A stretch of 64,000 bases of DNA from Blastocystis sp. Blastoise. Its lineage: Eukaryota > Protista > Bigyra: Opalinata. Location: NCBI GenBank assembly GCA_039096225.1, contig JBBPEB010000013.1, forward strand, positions 1,922,001-1,986,000, read 5' to 3'. The stretch's first letter is position 1; each line of letters opens with the position of its first letter. The notes beneath the pieces were generated by a model. It saw only the letters and a list, made by a program, of their open reading frames with translations, did no database searches and had not been told where the DNA came from. The translations under genes and the position numbers were made by a program. This document shows positions 15,006 through 47,400 of the stretch, piece after piece.

Positions 15006-17853
15006 TTTATATATGGATACCAATAGATTTCTCTTAAAGAATTAAAATAAATATAATCAGTAGGTAACAATCATTCAAACGAAAAAGATGTTCTATGCAA
15101 TATAACAAAAAAACATACGTCGATAGGAAAGGGAAATGGATCATTATATGCAGTAATATCTTTAGACCAATCAACTTTGACTTCCAATAATCAGTATTAT
15201 TATATTGGTTACGTCTTTCAAATTTTTAACAAATGATGATCGAGACGTATGATTCTTTTAGAAAAAACGAAATGAATCGCCTATTTTTTTAGAAAAAATC
15301 GCGGTTTAATTAGTTTTCGTTTATTACGACGTAGTCATGAGAATTATATAGGTCATGTTTATCATTATTTTCTTTACATTCCAACCTTTCGTTTCTTTTA
15401 TTACACAGTTTTTTATTTTTTGAATGTTACGAAATTGATATACAGTCTTCGTTTTGCGCATATGACGAGAAACTTCCGTTTTCTACTTGATTATTATTGG
15501 CTTTCAAGGAATAGGCGAATATGTTGAAAAACTCTAACTTTATGAAAGTCTCCTTAGATATAAGATAATTGCATGCATCTGAATCATTGAAATGTACTTG
15601 TCTAAGGGAATAATAAAAAAGATTGTAATGTTTTTTTTATATATAGTATATATTTGAATACATTTTCATTTATTGTAAAGCAAATAGTTGCTTCTATTCT
15701 ACTACCAGCTTTTTTTACAATAAAATACATTCATAATAGAAATTTGATTATGTTATGAGGAAAGATATACAATAATTTTGTATAGGAAATTAGGATTGCG
15801 ATGAGTATATTGAAGAATACAGTTGATTGAGCAGCATCATGCAATTGTTTTAAACGAAAGATTACTTTTTTCTATTTGTTAATAATATTTACATATTGAA
15901 CTCCTTTAAATTATGAATTAAAGATGAAACAAATTTTTATGCTTTAGAAACATTAAAAAAACAGTTAAAAAGAATGATTCTCCAGTAACTTCTATCAAAA
16001 AGTGTGTTTTTCTTATTTTTTGGATTTCACAGGCCTACTAGTTTTCAAATTACTTATATTCCTATAATTACAGTTGATAATCTGACAATGACATATTGAA
16101 CAAGAATTATTTATAACTAAAATAAACCCTATGAGACTATGTTAATTGTTTCATGATGCCATAATAAGCAATCTTTGAAATCAAGTCTTTCAGTTGAATC
16201 GAAAACCTAAAACTGTTATAGTGTTAAAAAAAGACTTAGAATCAATTCATAACAATTTTTCTAGAATAGATTATTTAAAAAAATGCTCAAATACTATCGA
16301 AATGTCAAGGATATACCTGCTAGAAAAAAGAGGTAGGAAAAAACGAGGTAAGAGTATGATTGAAAAAGAGAATGACACGATAAAAGAGAGAAACAATAGA
16401 TTTTATGTAATACCCAATAGAAAAGAAACATTATGCTATTCCAAATGATAAAACCATTCATTTCCATTACCTAGGTATTACCCAGGCATAAAAGAGAAGT
16501 GAAGGGATAATCCAATAAAATGAGATTCTTTTCCATATCTTCTTAAGACTTTTTTGTGACGCTTCATTTGAAATGAATGGACATCGTGAATTTACATTTT
16601 TAACAAAAAAACAACTATAAAACACTGGAATTATTATCTCCACATATTCATTTCTATACATTATCGTCAATTTTATCATCAATGAAGACTCCTCTTCTGA
16701 AATCTATATATTTCAAAATAAATATTTATAATCATTTTTGTGAGTCTAGTTAAAAGACACTATTCTGACCTAATTGACATTTCTTTTCATCGCATTATTT
16801 TTTTATTTTATTTGTATATTTTTTATATGATCCAGTGAACACATATGGTATTCATAAACTAATGAAATCGTCTTGTTTCTTTTTGACGACTAAAAAAGTG
16901 GTTGAAAAACAATCGTTTCTTCATCGACTATTCTCATAAATATGTGTATTATCATCTACTGATTGCTCTAGGAGAGTTTATAAAGACTATATACGACTCA
17001 ACAAATGAATACTACGCTAAAAATGACTAATTATCATTAGAAGAAAGAATAGAGTCTGAATAATTCGTATATATCCTAGATGGAGTCCCCAAATACTATA
17101 CAAAAGAAAATAAAAGTACTAAAACAGCAAAATGTCAACTTTATATCTTGACGATATTTTAAGTGTTTCAACTCGAATTCATCGTAAACAATAAAGACAA
17201 TATCGAAGAAATGAAATTTAAGATTATATTACTCAAGCAAAACATCTTTGAAGGATACAGAAAAAAAGCTACGAAGAAAAGGCTTTTTCATTTTTTTCTC
17301 TCATTAGGTACCCATTATGACCAGTGATCGGTTATAATGTATGTAATGCCTAAATAACTATGCAGATGACTTTGCTTGCATAAACAATTCAGTTTGCCAT
17401 CATTCTATTCGATTTCTACGAATGGTTATCCTAAAAAATGGCCTCAATTTTTATATACAAATGCTCCGTCAAGGGAAACGCATACATCTTATCATCAAAA
17501 TGACCCAGTGAAAAAAAGATATATATTTCGGTATAAATTGGATAAATAAAACGAAGTTTCCGATTCTATTGGCTAACAAAAATAAAAACCATAAATGACT
17601 TTTTGTTAAAAAATGGATTTCATTTCCTAAATGGTAAATCATGTCTCTGACACTTTTAATCTTGGTTTTGAAACATACTAAGAATTTTTTTTTCTTATTT
17701 AAAAATAAAGACATTGTTTGTTGTATTTGTCTTCAGATATTTACATTTTTTAATGTATTTCTATTAGATCTTTTGTTAGACATGTTTTCTCTTTATAGAT
17801 TCTAAAGAAGATTTATACAATTCTAACACTTAATCCCTTTACGTTGTCAATAA

Positions 17854-20800
17854 ATGCAATATCCACCATATCAAAATTCAAATATGTCAAGTGATCCTTC
17901 CACAGGTTATCGTCCTGTGCCTCCAAATCAAGGCTATTCACAGTACCCCTCGAATCCATCATATTATCATCCTTATCCATATAATCAAAAAGAGGAATAC
18001 TCTCCACAACCTCCTCCAAACATGCAACCCTATCGCAAACCAGGTATGCCTCAAAATAATGTTGATCCATACTATCAAAATTACTATGATAACGCTGCTC
18101 CAAGACCTCAACCTTATGCAGGAAGATATCCTTATCGCGTAGATCATCCTTATGAAGGATATCCTAACGGTAACTCTCATGTTATGTCAGACATTCCACC
18201 TAAATATCCACCTCCTTATGGTTCACAATATCCTCCTTCATCTAGTATCTATTTTCTTCTCTTTCATTATTAAATCTAGGTTATTATGGAGTTTTTATTT
18301 TTTTTATTTCTTTAACTGTCTTTTTTTAATCATATTATTTAAATTTTCTTTTTCATATTTTATTTTTATGTTATAACATATAGATTATCCTATGCCACAA
18401 AGCCCAACTCCTGAAATCACATTAGCACATCAAGAATTAACACCTCCTGGTGGTGATCAATTAGAACAAGGAGGTATTTTTGCTCTTCATGGTATAACAA
18501 ATTACTTAAATCAAACATTAACAATGTGTATGAATGAAATGGATCATGTAGCTATGTGTATGTACAAAGGTCGTCAACGAGATAAAAATTCTTCGTCTTC
18601 CTCAAATCTTCTTAAATTAGATGATAAAATGTCTATTAAATCAGGAACACCTATGACTGCAGATGGAAAGAGTGATAAGAACTCAAGAAAAGATGATGTT
18701 TTTGTATGTCCTTATAATTGGTGTAGAAAAATAAGAAGTGAAATGTATGTTTTTGTTTATAATTATTGTTTTATTTTTTTTTATAATAATAATAATAATT
18801 TTTTTTATAATTATTATTCTAGTTGTCATAATAATACATGTACAAGTTATGACTGCTTAATTTGTGCTGTAATTAAACCACTTGTCTATATACATTCAAC
18901 TACATGTCGTCTAAATCCTTGTCCTATCGCCAGATGCCAAGTATATTTATATTAATTATTTTTTATATATTTATTTTATTTATTTAATGCTTATTATATT
19001 GTTGTTGTTTATTTATTTAGTGTTTATTATTTATATTTATTATATTATTTTTTTTTATATTTTACTTATTTAATATTATATTTATTATTTTTATTTATTA
19101 TATTGTTTGAATAATAATTGTTATCATATTTACAATATGTTTAATATTTACTATATAAATACTTTTTCAGGAATATAAAGCTAATTTAAGTCGATTCCGT
19201 GATTTATTTCTTGAGGATAGCACGATTCCTATGTCTTATTATCTCTTTGGATGTCTTCAAAACTGCGTATTTATTATATTGAAATTATTATATTTTTTAT
19301 TGTTTTATTGTTATATTTAATATAATTTTTATTATATTTAATATAATTTTTATTATATTTAATATTATTCTATATTATATTTAATATTCTTATTTATTAT
19401 ATTTAATATTCTTATTTATTATATTTAATATTCTTATTTATTATATTTAATATCTTCTATATTATATTTAATATCTTCTATATTATATTTAATATTCTTA
19501 TTTATTATATTTAATATTCTTATTTATTATATTTAATATCTTCTATATTATATTTAATATTCTTATTTATTATATAGGATCGTAGTACGCATAAACGAAC
19601 AGCTGCAGATTGTTTAATGGATGAATATGAGATGACTGGAGCTATGTCGGCATCTACTATTCCTTCTATGATTCCCACGGGAAATAATGTTATTAATAAT
19701 CCTAATACTATGATGCCTTATACAGCATCTTCTACTATTATGCCAAACACGAAATCTGATGAAACAGATCGTTCCAAACGAATGAAAACATCCGTATATA
19801 TATAGTAGTAGTATTATATTTATTTATATTATTATATATATTATTATTATATTTATATAATTTCTTTAAAATAATATATTCTTCTTTACTCTATATATTC
19901 CTATAGTCTGTTGACTTTGTTCCTTCATCTCACCATAGTTCAGTATCCTCAATAACCGCGGGAGACCTCCCTAAGGATATTACAGAAGAGGTGGAGAAGG
20001 AGAAGCAAGATGCATTTGCTAGTATATATCAATCGATTAATAGCAATAGTCTTTTAAGTATGAACACAAAGAGGAGAAAGAGCGGATATATATATGTTAC
20101 TTGCACCAAATGTAAAAAGAGAAGAGCTATTCCAAAGTATATATTATATTATTATTATTTTTATTATTATTTTTATTTTTTTGTTTTGTGTTTGTGTGTG
20201 TTTTTCATTATATAAAGATCAATATTAAATGAATATTATATATATATATATATATAATTCTTTTCATTCTATAGTACATTAAATCCTTCTTATTTGACTA
20301 ATTTCACCTGTAAAATGAATATATGGGACCCTCAATATAGGTCATGTGAAAGTGAAGAACATATTTATAAAGAAGGAGAACCTTATATTGATATCTCTGT
20401 ATATATTATTATTATTATATTTATTATTATATTTATTATTATTATATTTATTATTATTATATTTATTATTATTATATTTATTATTATTATATTTATTATT
20501 ATTATATTTATTATTATTACATATATAATATTTATTATATTAATTATTAACCCATTATTATCTCTATATATATTTCTATTTCTAGTTACGTGATAAAGAG
20601 TATCATAAGTATTATCGTGCTTTTATTGATGAATTACAGTCTTTTGCTTTTGGAGAGAATGAAAAGAAGCGATCTAGTCCCAATCCTACTACTACTACTA
20701 CTCCTCTTCCTTCAGGAAATAAAATGAATTTAAATAGTAGTATAACAACAGGAAATAGTTCTATAAGTATTGATGATCAAGTAGAAAAGAAAGATGAAAT

Positions 20801-21736
20801 GGACATAGATATTACAGAAGAACCTTCTCGTAAAAACAGTATACTTAGTTATAATAGTATTCCTACAAAAGATACAACTACAGATATTCCCGCGGGAACG
20901 AAGGGTTCTGTGAATACCAATCCCATTCCTGTTACATTAGATAGTCGTCATAATAGTATTGACCAATCGTATAGCTCGACTATGGGCAGTCCCGCCATGA
21001 ACCCTCTTAATCCCGCCATTCAACGCCGTGATATGCTGAAAATACCTACTTTCGGAAGAAGAGAAGTAGATTTATATAGACTCTTTAGAGAAGTATATTT
21101 ATTATTATATGTTTATTATTATATGTTTATTATATATATATATATATATATATAGGTATGTGCTTATGGCGGTTGTGAAGCTGTTGTTGCCCGCGAAGGC
21201 ACGTGGGCATATATTTATCGTTCTCTTGAGAATTACAGTCCTACAGAAACAAGCGCCTCATTCCGTCTTAAGAAAATGTATAGCAAATATTTATTAGATT
21301 ATGAAAAGTATTTATATAATTTCCCGCCACCTTCTTCATTTAAACGCGGACGCGGCAGAGGTGCTTCAATGCATTATGTATATATACATTGTTTATATTG
21401 TTTATATGTATATATATATATAGACTACTCCTGTATATACTAGTAAAACCGATGTATCTGATGTATATATATATATATATATATTTATTTATTATTTATT
21501 TTATTTATTTTATTTATTTTATTTATTTATTATTTATTTATTATTTATTTATTTATTTATTTATATAGCAATCCATGAAACCTCTGGCTGTGTATATATT
21601 ATTATTATTATTATTATGTATATAGACATCGTGAGCGATCAACCAGTTTGGAAGAAATGCCTGAATCAAGAGATAAAGATACATTAAAAGTATTACTTTC
21701 TCTTAAGAATACTTTCACTCCTACTGTTAAGCCAAA

Positions 21737-21798
<62 letters not shown>

Positions 21799-21842
21799 GT
21801 AGTCCTAAATGGGAGGCTCTCTTAAATGTATCAACAAGAACT

Positions 21843-21903
<61 letters not shown>

Positions 21904-22398
21904 ATTATTATTATTATTATTATATAAATAGGAGATACTCCTATGACAGTATTGAATTTAAGATCAGAATCTATTGATAATGCTAATACTACTACTGATA
22001 ATACTACTACTACTACTACTAATAATAATAATAATGCTAATAATACTTCAAAGCCTTTAGTATCTAGTATCAGTAATCCTATTCCTCCTTCTACTACTAC
22101 TACTAATAATAATAATAATAATAATATATCTAATGAATCCCAAAATATTTCTTCGTCTTCTAACATACAAATAAAAGAAAATAAAAATATAGAAAAACAG
22201 AAAGAGATAGAGATTCTAGAAGAGAATAGTAGTTCCGAAAAAAGACATATAAAGAATGATATAATTGACATGACTCAAGATACGTCGATTCCCGTGAAAC
22301 AAAAGGAAATGGAAATAGAAATTGAGGATGAAAAAGTGGACACTGATGAAACACAAAATAATTCTTCTTTTTCGGATAATAATAATGATATGGAATAA
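17854..22398 (+). CDS. Chromatin protein: Pro/Tyr/Gln-rich N-terminus, TAZ-like Zn finger, CW-type Zn finger, ARID domain, AT-hook-like motif
   Basis: TAZ-like: CPYNWC...CTSYDCLIC...[17 protein letters not shown]: [11 protein letters not shown]...[23 protein letters not shown]: [27 protein letters not shown]...W...[20 protein letters not shown]-hook-like: KRGRGR. Confidence 0.8.
19310..19575. repeat. Intronic ~19-21-bp tandem repeat
   Basis: TATTATATTTAATAT(TCTTATT/CTTCTA) units, about 12 copies. Confidence 0.85.
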
Positions 22399-23717
22399 AA
22401 TAATATATTGTATTCTATAATACTGTGCTATTTTTTTATGCTGTGCTTTTAAGTATCATATTCATTTTTTATTTTATTATTTTAATTTATTTATTCGTTT
22501 CGTATTCCCTTTTTTTCCTATCTAATATTTAAACATTTTATGACTTCTGAATAATATGTATATTAGATTCTATTTATAGAGATAGATTATTATTTATCAA
22601 ATACTATATATATATGCTTTTCCTTTGTTATATATATCACTTTATTCATTTTTATTTTACATATTTATATATATGAATATGTTTTTGTTATCAAACATGT
22701 ATATATTCATATATATATTCTATTTAAAAAAGTAATTATCCAAATTATTTCTTAGTTTTTTTTTTTTACATATTGCGTCAGAATTCAATGTATTATTATA
22801 TTATTTTCTCTTATCGCCTATATACATGTATTCTCCTCTATATAATTATATATTCATCAATTATATATATTATTTCTGTATAGTTTAAGTTTTTTATTTT
22901 TATTTTATTAATAAATAATAAAATAACTTAAATCACTCAAATTCAATTCTTTTATTTATAATATCAATTTATTTTTTTTATACTTAGTTTTATCTTTTTT
23001 TGTGCTCTTTATTGCATTCACATATATTTTCATAATATATGTATGTACATATATTTTTAATACTCAATTTTTTTTGCTTTGTTAAACGTTTTTATTGCTT
23101 TTTTAAATACAAATAACTCTTGAATTCGTATAATGACCCCTTTATTAATATTTTCATAGAGTCAAATATATAATAAAGTATGGTTTGAAAAACAAAATTT
23201 TTGTATTTGAAGCATTCAGGTGAATTAAAAGACTTTAATCAATAATTATTTCATTTTCAATATAGACCACCATTTGACTGAACTAGTTCTTTAATCAAAT
23301 CACAGGAAACGTTCACCTGAATTATCTTGTCTATAAAATATCATAATGGCTTTCTATCCAAGTTCTTTTTGGTAATACCTATCTTTTTGAATCCATTCTG
23401 GTACATATTATTTGAAATAGTCAATGACAATATACAATAACATCTTTATTGTTCATAGATTTTGTCACTAATAGATTTTACATATATATGCACATATGCG
23501 TGCTATATGTATAAATGAGAATAGATATTTCTATTACAAAAATAAAAAAAAAATATGAAAATGATTATAAAAAGTAATTTCAACTTTGTTTTTTATTGAG
23601 GACAACTATTTTTTAAAATACTCTTTACGTTGTTTCTTTAAATAATTAAATAATTCACTTTTACATATATCTATCGTCTTGGGCACTTTATATATATATA
23701 TAATTTAACTTAGAAAC

Positions 23718-34537
<10,820 letters not shown>

Positions 34538-35218
34538 AATATTCAAGATGAAGAAGAAACAGAAGAAGTCTATTCTCAACCATTCTCCAATATATAATAT
34601 ACTATTATTTCTTTCACTTCTGTTTACCGTATTGCCCATACTTATACTCTAAAATTATAACTCTATATATATTATTAATGAATAATTTTAAATATATTAT
34701 TTTTATATCTTTTTACCAATTAAGAAAAAAAAATGATTTCTATTTATTTTATTATGATGATAATGATCTATAAGTATACTTATGTATTCTATTATATATT
34801 TTTTTATTTATTGTATTTTAGTTGTTATTAAATGAAAGATGAGTATTGTTTTTATCATTATTTATTATGTATTAGTATTGTGTTGTTTTTATGTATACGT
34901 GTTTTTTTAGAAGTAACTATTTAATTGAATTCTTACTGGACATAAAACATGTAACAATACAACACAAAACAATTTATACATCAAACAAATAAAAACATAT
35001 AAAAACACCACGATTTTATATAGGATAGTAAAAATTTAAAAAATGTATAAGAAAAATGAAAAAATAATATTTACAAAAATAGTATATTTGAATAATAGAA
35101 ACAAGAAGCTCTTATAAAAAGATATAAATGATTAATAAATATATAAATATAAATAGAATACTCATGAAAAAAGATAGTTATAAGTATAGAAAAAATGATT
35201 AATGTGTTTATATATAGA

Positions 35219-40687
<5,469 letters not shown>

Positions 40688-41137
40688 TTTTTTAATCTTT
40701 AAAAGTTTAGATACTAAAAATATTATAAAACCAAGTACCTACAATTGAAAATTGCATCCCCAAGAAAATATTACTTTTATTTCCAGTTTATTTTTTCTTT
40801 TTGCATATTTGATTATGATTGAGATTCCTTTTCATAAAGATTTTGATATGGATATATATTATGAGTATTGTGTGATCAATCAAGTATTTCGAACATGAAA
40901 AAAGTGTTGATGTAGAAATGAAACGAATGTAAAATAGATGAAAAATAATGTATAAAAGCCAATAATTAGAATGGATAATATATATAAAGAACCCAAATGT
41001 AAAAACAAATAAATAAAAAGGAATAAGAGAATAAAAAAAGTATGAATAAGGAAAATATATATAGAATTAACAGAAGAGTAATAAATAGTTAGAAATAAAA
41101 TTAGAAAAAAAATAGAGAATTATGTTTCGAGACACAA

Positions 41138-43368
<2,231 letters not shown>

Positions 43369-43559
43369 GTTGATTTGCTATTCTCTCTTTATATTTCAAT
43401 GATGTCTAGATATAACATAAAGTGCTTTAATGAATTTATATATTTACATTTAAAATTGAAAAACGCTTGAAGAGAAAATCAATTTTTAAATAATGAAAAA
43501 AAAGAATTCATAATTTTGATGAATGAAAAGAGAACCACGATTTTATTCATATTTTGTTT

Positions 43560-43610
43560 GAGATAATTGACTCAGGACACTCAGAATTATCAGACTTGAC
43601 TCAGGACAGT
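43560..43610 (+). repeat. Left TIR of MULE
   Basis: GAGATAATTGACTCAGGACACTCAGAATTATCAGACTTGACTCAGGACAGT, the exact reverse complement of 56440-56490. Confidence 0.97.
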
Positions 43611-43769
43611 GGTCTTCGGCTCATTCTACGAGTGGGGACTTTAAAAATGTTTAAAAATAATACTGGGGAAAACTCTATGTTTATTTTTTATTGACTCTTG
43701 AAGGGTATTGATATATTGATGTATATATGTTATATAAGTATCTTTAATATGTATATATAGTATAGTATA

Positions 43770-44400
43770 TATAGGAAAAGTGATAAGAATGGTATAAGAC
43801 GGCATTAACATGGTAAGATGGTAATGGTATGTTATTCTATGGAGTTATGACGTTGTGTAGTGGCTTTGAATTGCGTTTTTAATGTAGTGATGAGAATAAG
43901 ATAGGTATATAATATATTATGTAATTATGATCATTAACCTTAAAATATCTCTATAGGCTTCTTCCTTGTTATTGTCATTCTAGAATGATATACTCTATCA
44001 TTATATAGGATAAAAGAATGAGATTAGTTATATTCATAAAAGAATTGGCATCATTATGGGTGTTTATGGTTAATTAACTAATAAAGTTTTCATATTCAAT
44101 TAGAATGATGTTCTTGATGCTAATTAATCTATTAAGAAGTTATATATATATATTATGAATAAATGGAAATGGATTAGGTGCTGTTATGGGTTAGTTTCTG
44201 ATTTATCTTATTAATTATGCTAGTATGTGTAATTATGGTTATTTAGGATTATAGAATAGTCATATTGGTAATAGTTTATTAGAATTGATCTGGTCAGCAT
44301 ACTATTGGATTCTATACTATTTGATTGTTATTATACTATTAGAACTCCATTATGATATTACTATATATGTTTAATAGATTAAGTCTTTAAAAATATGAAT
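43770..44400 (+). pseudogene. Possible decayed spliced ORF reading inward from the left TIR
   Basis: G-rich coding-like blocks separated by a GT-AG intron (DGNGMLFYGVMTLCSGFELRF*; NGNGLGAVMG*; SHIGNSLLELIWS) with several stops. No family recognised. Confidence 0.3.
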
Positions 44401-44499
44401 ATATATGTTGTTTTGTTTAGAATTAATATGTGTAAATAATATAATACACAACAATAATATAACGATACTAAATAGAGTATACTAATAGAAAAATATATA

Positions 44500-47400
44500 T
44501 ATATATATAAAGTTTTCAGTTATAGAAATAAACACAGAAGAAACTAGGAATATATAAGAAAGAAGATTTTTAAAACTAAAGAATAAAAAGCGTTTTATAA
44601 TAATAATAATAATAATAATAATAACTAACTTTATAGAAATTAAAAGGAATAAATATAAAATATGAATAAGAGCATATTAATAATATATTACGTTTCAAGA
44701 TAGAATGATGTTGAGTAACAATTGTTGTTAAAAAATATATCTAAGTATAAAGTACAATATATATACTTTAAATAATATACATAGAATCAATACTAATATT
44801 ATATATATATAAGAGAAATCACTTCTATAACAATATATAATGGATATATATGAATCACAAAGTTGTAAAATACTCAGAATAATAATATGAGTAATGAAGA
44901 AAGAAGTATAAGGAGACTCTATATATATCAAGTAGATAGTAATAACATATATTATTTATTGTATATAATTATGAATATATCCTAGTATATATATAATAAT
45001 ATATATAGAATAATATATATAGTATATACGTAAATAATAGTTATCTAAATAACAAATAATTACTATTATATATATCAAGTATATAATAAATGTTCATAGT
45101 ATTCGAAATCACCCAAGTAAAATATCAATAAACCAATTACTATAGATATAACATAATAGAGTATATGTAATTAAGTTATTATATATATACTATTAATACT
45201 CATGATATTATATATAATATAAATATATACTTAAGTAGATACACCAAAAGCACCATAGATATAATTTAAGTATCAAACATATTATATATTTCTTTAGTAG
45301 TATAACCTTATCTATATAAAAATATATTTTATAAACCATATATAATACACAAAGTAGAATATATAATGTATATATTAAATATAAAAGTTACAGTATAATA
45401 GAAAGAGAATATAGAATAGTATATATAGTATATGTATACTATTATATATATTCTATGTTGTATATATCTAAACATAAGATTGATTTATCAATATGATAAT
45501 GAATCATTGAAAACCTATAAAATATTAAAAAGAGAAATATATATAGTATACCTTACAGTTATAGTATATATTGTGTAGATAGATGAATAAAGTAGCAGAG
45601 TATAAGCGTATTAATGGTTCTCTTTTCTATTTTACTTTTTCATGTACAATAAACCAGAAAGAGTAGAAGAAGTATAAGTATATTATATTATCTTATCAAC
45701 GAAGGATAAACCATATAATACTCAGATCTGATATTTATATATTATTCATTCTATAAAAAGATAAAATTAAATATATAATAATATGAAATTAAAATAAAAG
45801 TTATAAATAATCAATACAATATAATCTAATAAATATATATATATATATATAATATTAATGTAATAATTCTTATATACTATATATTATTTATGTATTCTAT
45901 AATGTAACAACTATGTAGGCATATATTATATATCCACTCATATAATCTAAACTAGACACATAGCATATATTCCATGTTGATCACTGACATACTATATAAT
46001 GATATTACTATCTATATTTTTTATATCAATATCAGTATAGATATAATATATATATATATTTAGTATGTATAACATATATACTTTCAATATAATCTATGAT
46101 ACTGCTACTATATATTATATACTATATATTAAATTATATTATATTTATATTATTCAGATAAATTAATAAATAAAGTTAATATTTATATACCTTCAACTGA
46201 TGCTTTTTGTTAGTATTTAGAATAAGAATTGAGTTACTATTTGAATCAGGAAGGAAGTCATTATAATAATTCAATAGTGAAATGATATATATAAGTTGAA
46301 GAGAGTCGATGAAGATGAGAAAGATATATTTGATTGTATCTATATATAGATAATATATTAATAACATAAACAATAAAAGTTTATTGGATAAGAAATTATA
46401 ATAATATATATATATAATATAGTGACTATATACAATAAATTAATATAGAATACTATTATTATAAATCTGCTTATAATCGCAGTAACTATATAAATATATT
46501 GTTTAGGATCTATATAATATAATATCAATATGATTATATAATAGAATTCTTAAAACAGCAAACTTATATAAGTTAATATGGAATAATAATAATATAAATT
46601 ATTTATATACAATATAGAGTAGTTAAAAAAGGACTTTAAATAGTAGTAGGAAACAACACTAATTCATATATATAATTATCTAAGTTTATTCCATTAACAC
46701 TATATATATAATAGTAAGTACTTAATAAAGATAAAGTACAATATATATATATATATATATTTAACAAATACTATAAGAATAAATACTAAACATATTATGT
46801 TATATATAGAGTATATGCTTATATATATACTTGAATAACCCATTTTTAAATATAAACCTATCCTTAAGAATATAGTTAACGTATTCTATACCTATATAAT
46901 GATATAAAAACATATTTATATATAGATATATACATAAAAATTATAATATATATATATATATATTGAATCATACAAAAGTTAATAATACAGAAGAATAAAT
47001 AATAAAATGAATAGAATAATATACATAAATATAAGCTTCTCAATATGAATAGGAACAGAAGGAGAGACTAGTAAGTATAGATATCTTATTGAGTACCTTA
47101 AATAGTTTACTTATTCTGTATATATAAGAAAAACTATAAAACTATATAGAGTATTTATATATATATTAATAGATGAAATATGAAAATCTATAATATCTAC
47201 ATAAAAAGATAAGAAAAACTATAGGTATAGGAATAGTAGTTATATATATACCTCTATAGGTAATAGAGACAACTGAAGATCTTTCATAATACATAATAAA
47301 CAAGAGATTACATTCAATTTGAACTATATACATATAATACATGATATATAAATAAGAAATATACAATGAAAATAGAATTTATAACATTATAAATAATTCA

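Noticed and set aside
15200-17850. Short ORFs 16194-16448, 16467-16682, 17469-17714
   Set aside because: Mostly non-ATG starts, no motifs or convincing exon structure; treated as divergent intergenic/UTR sequence.
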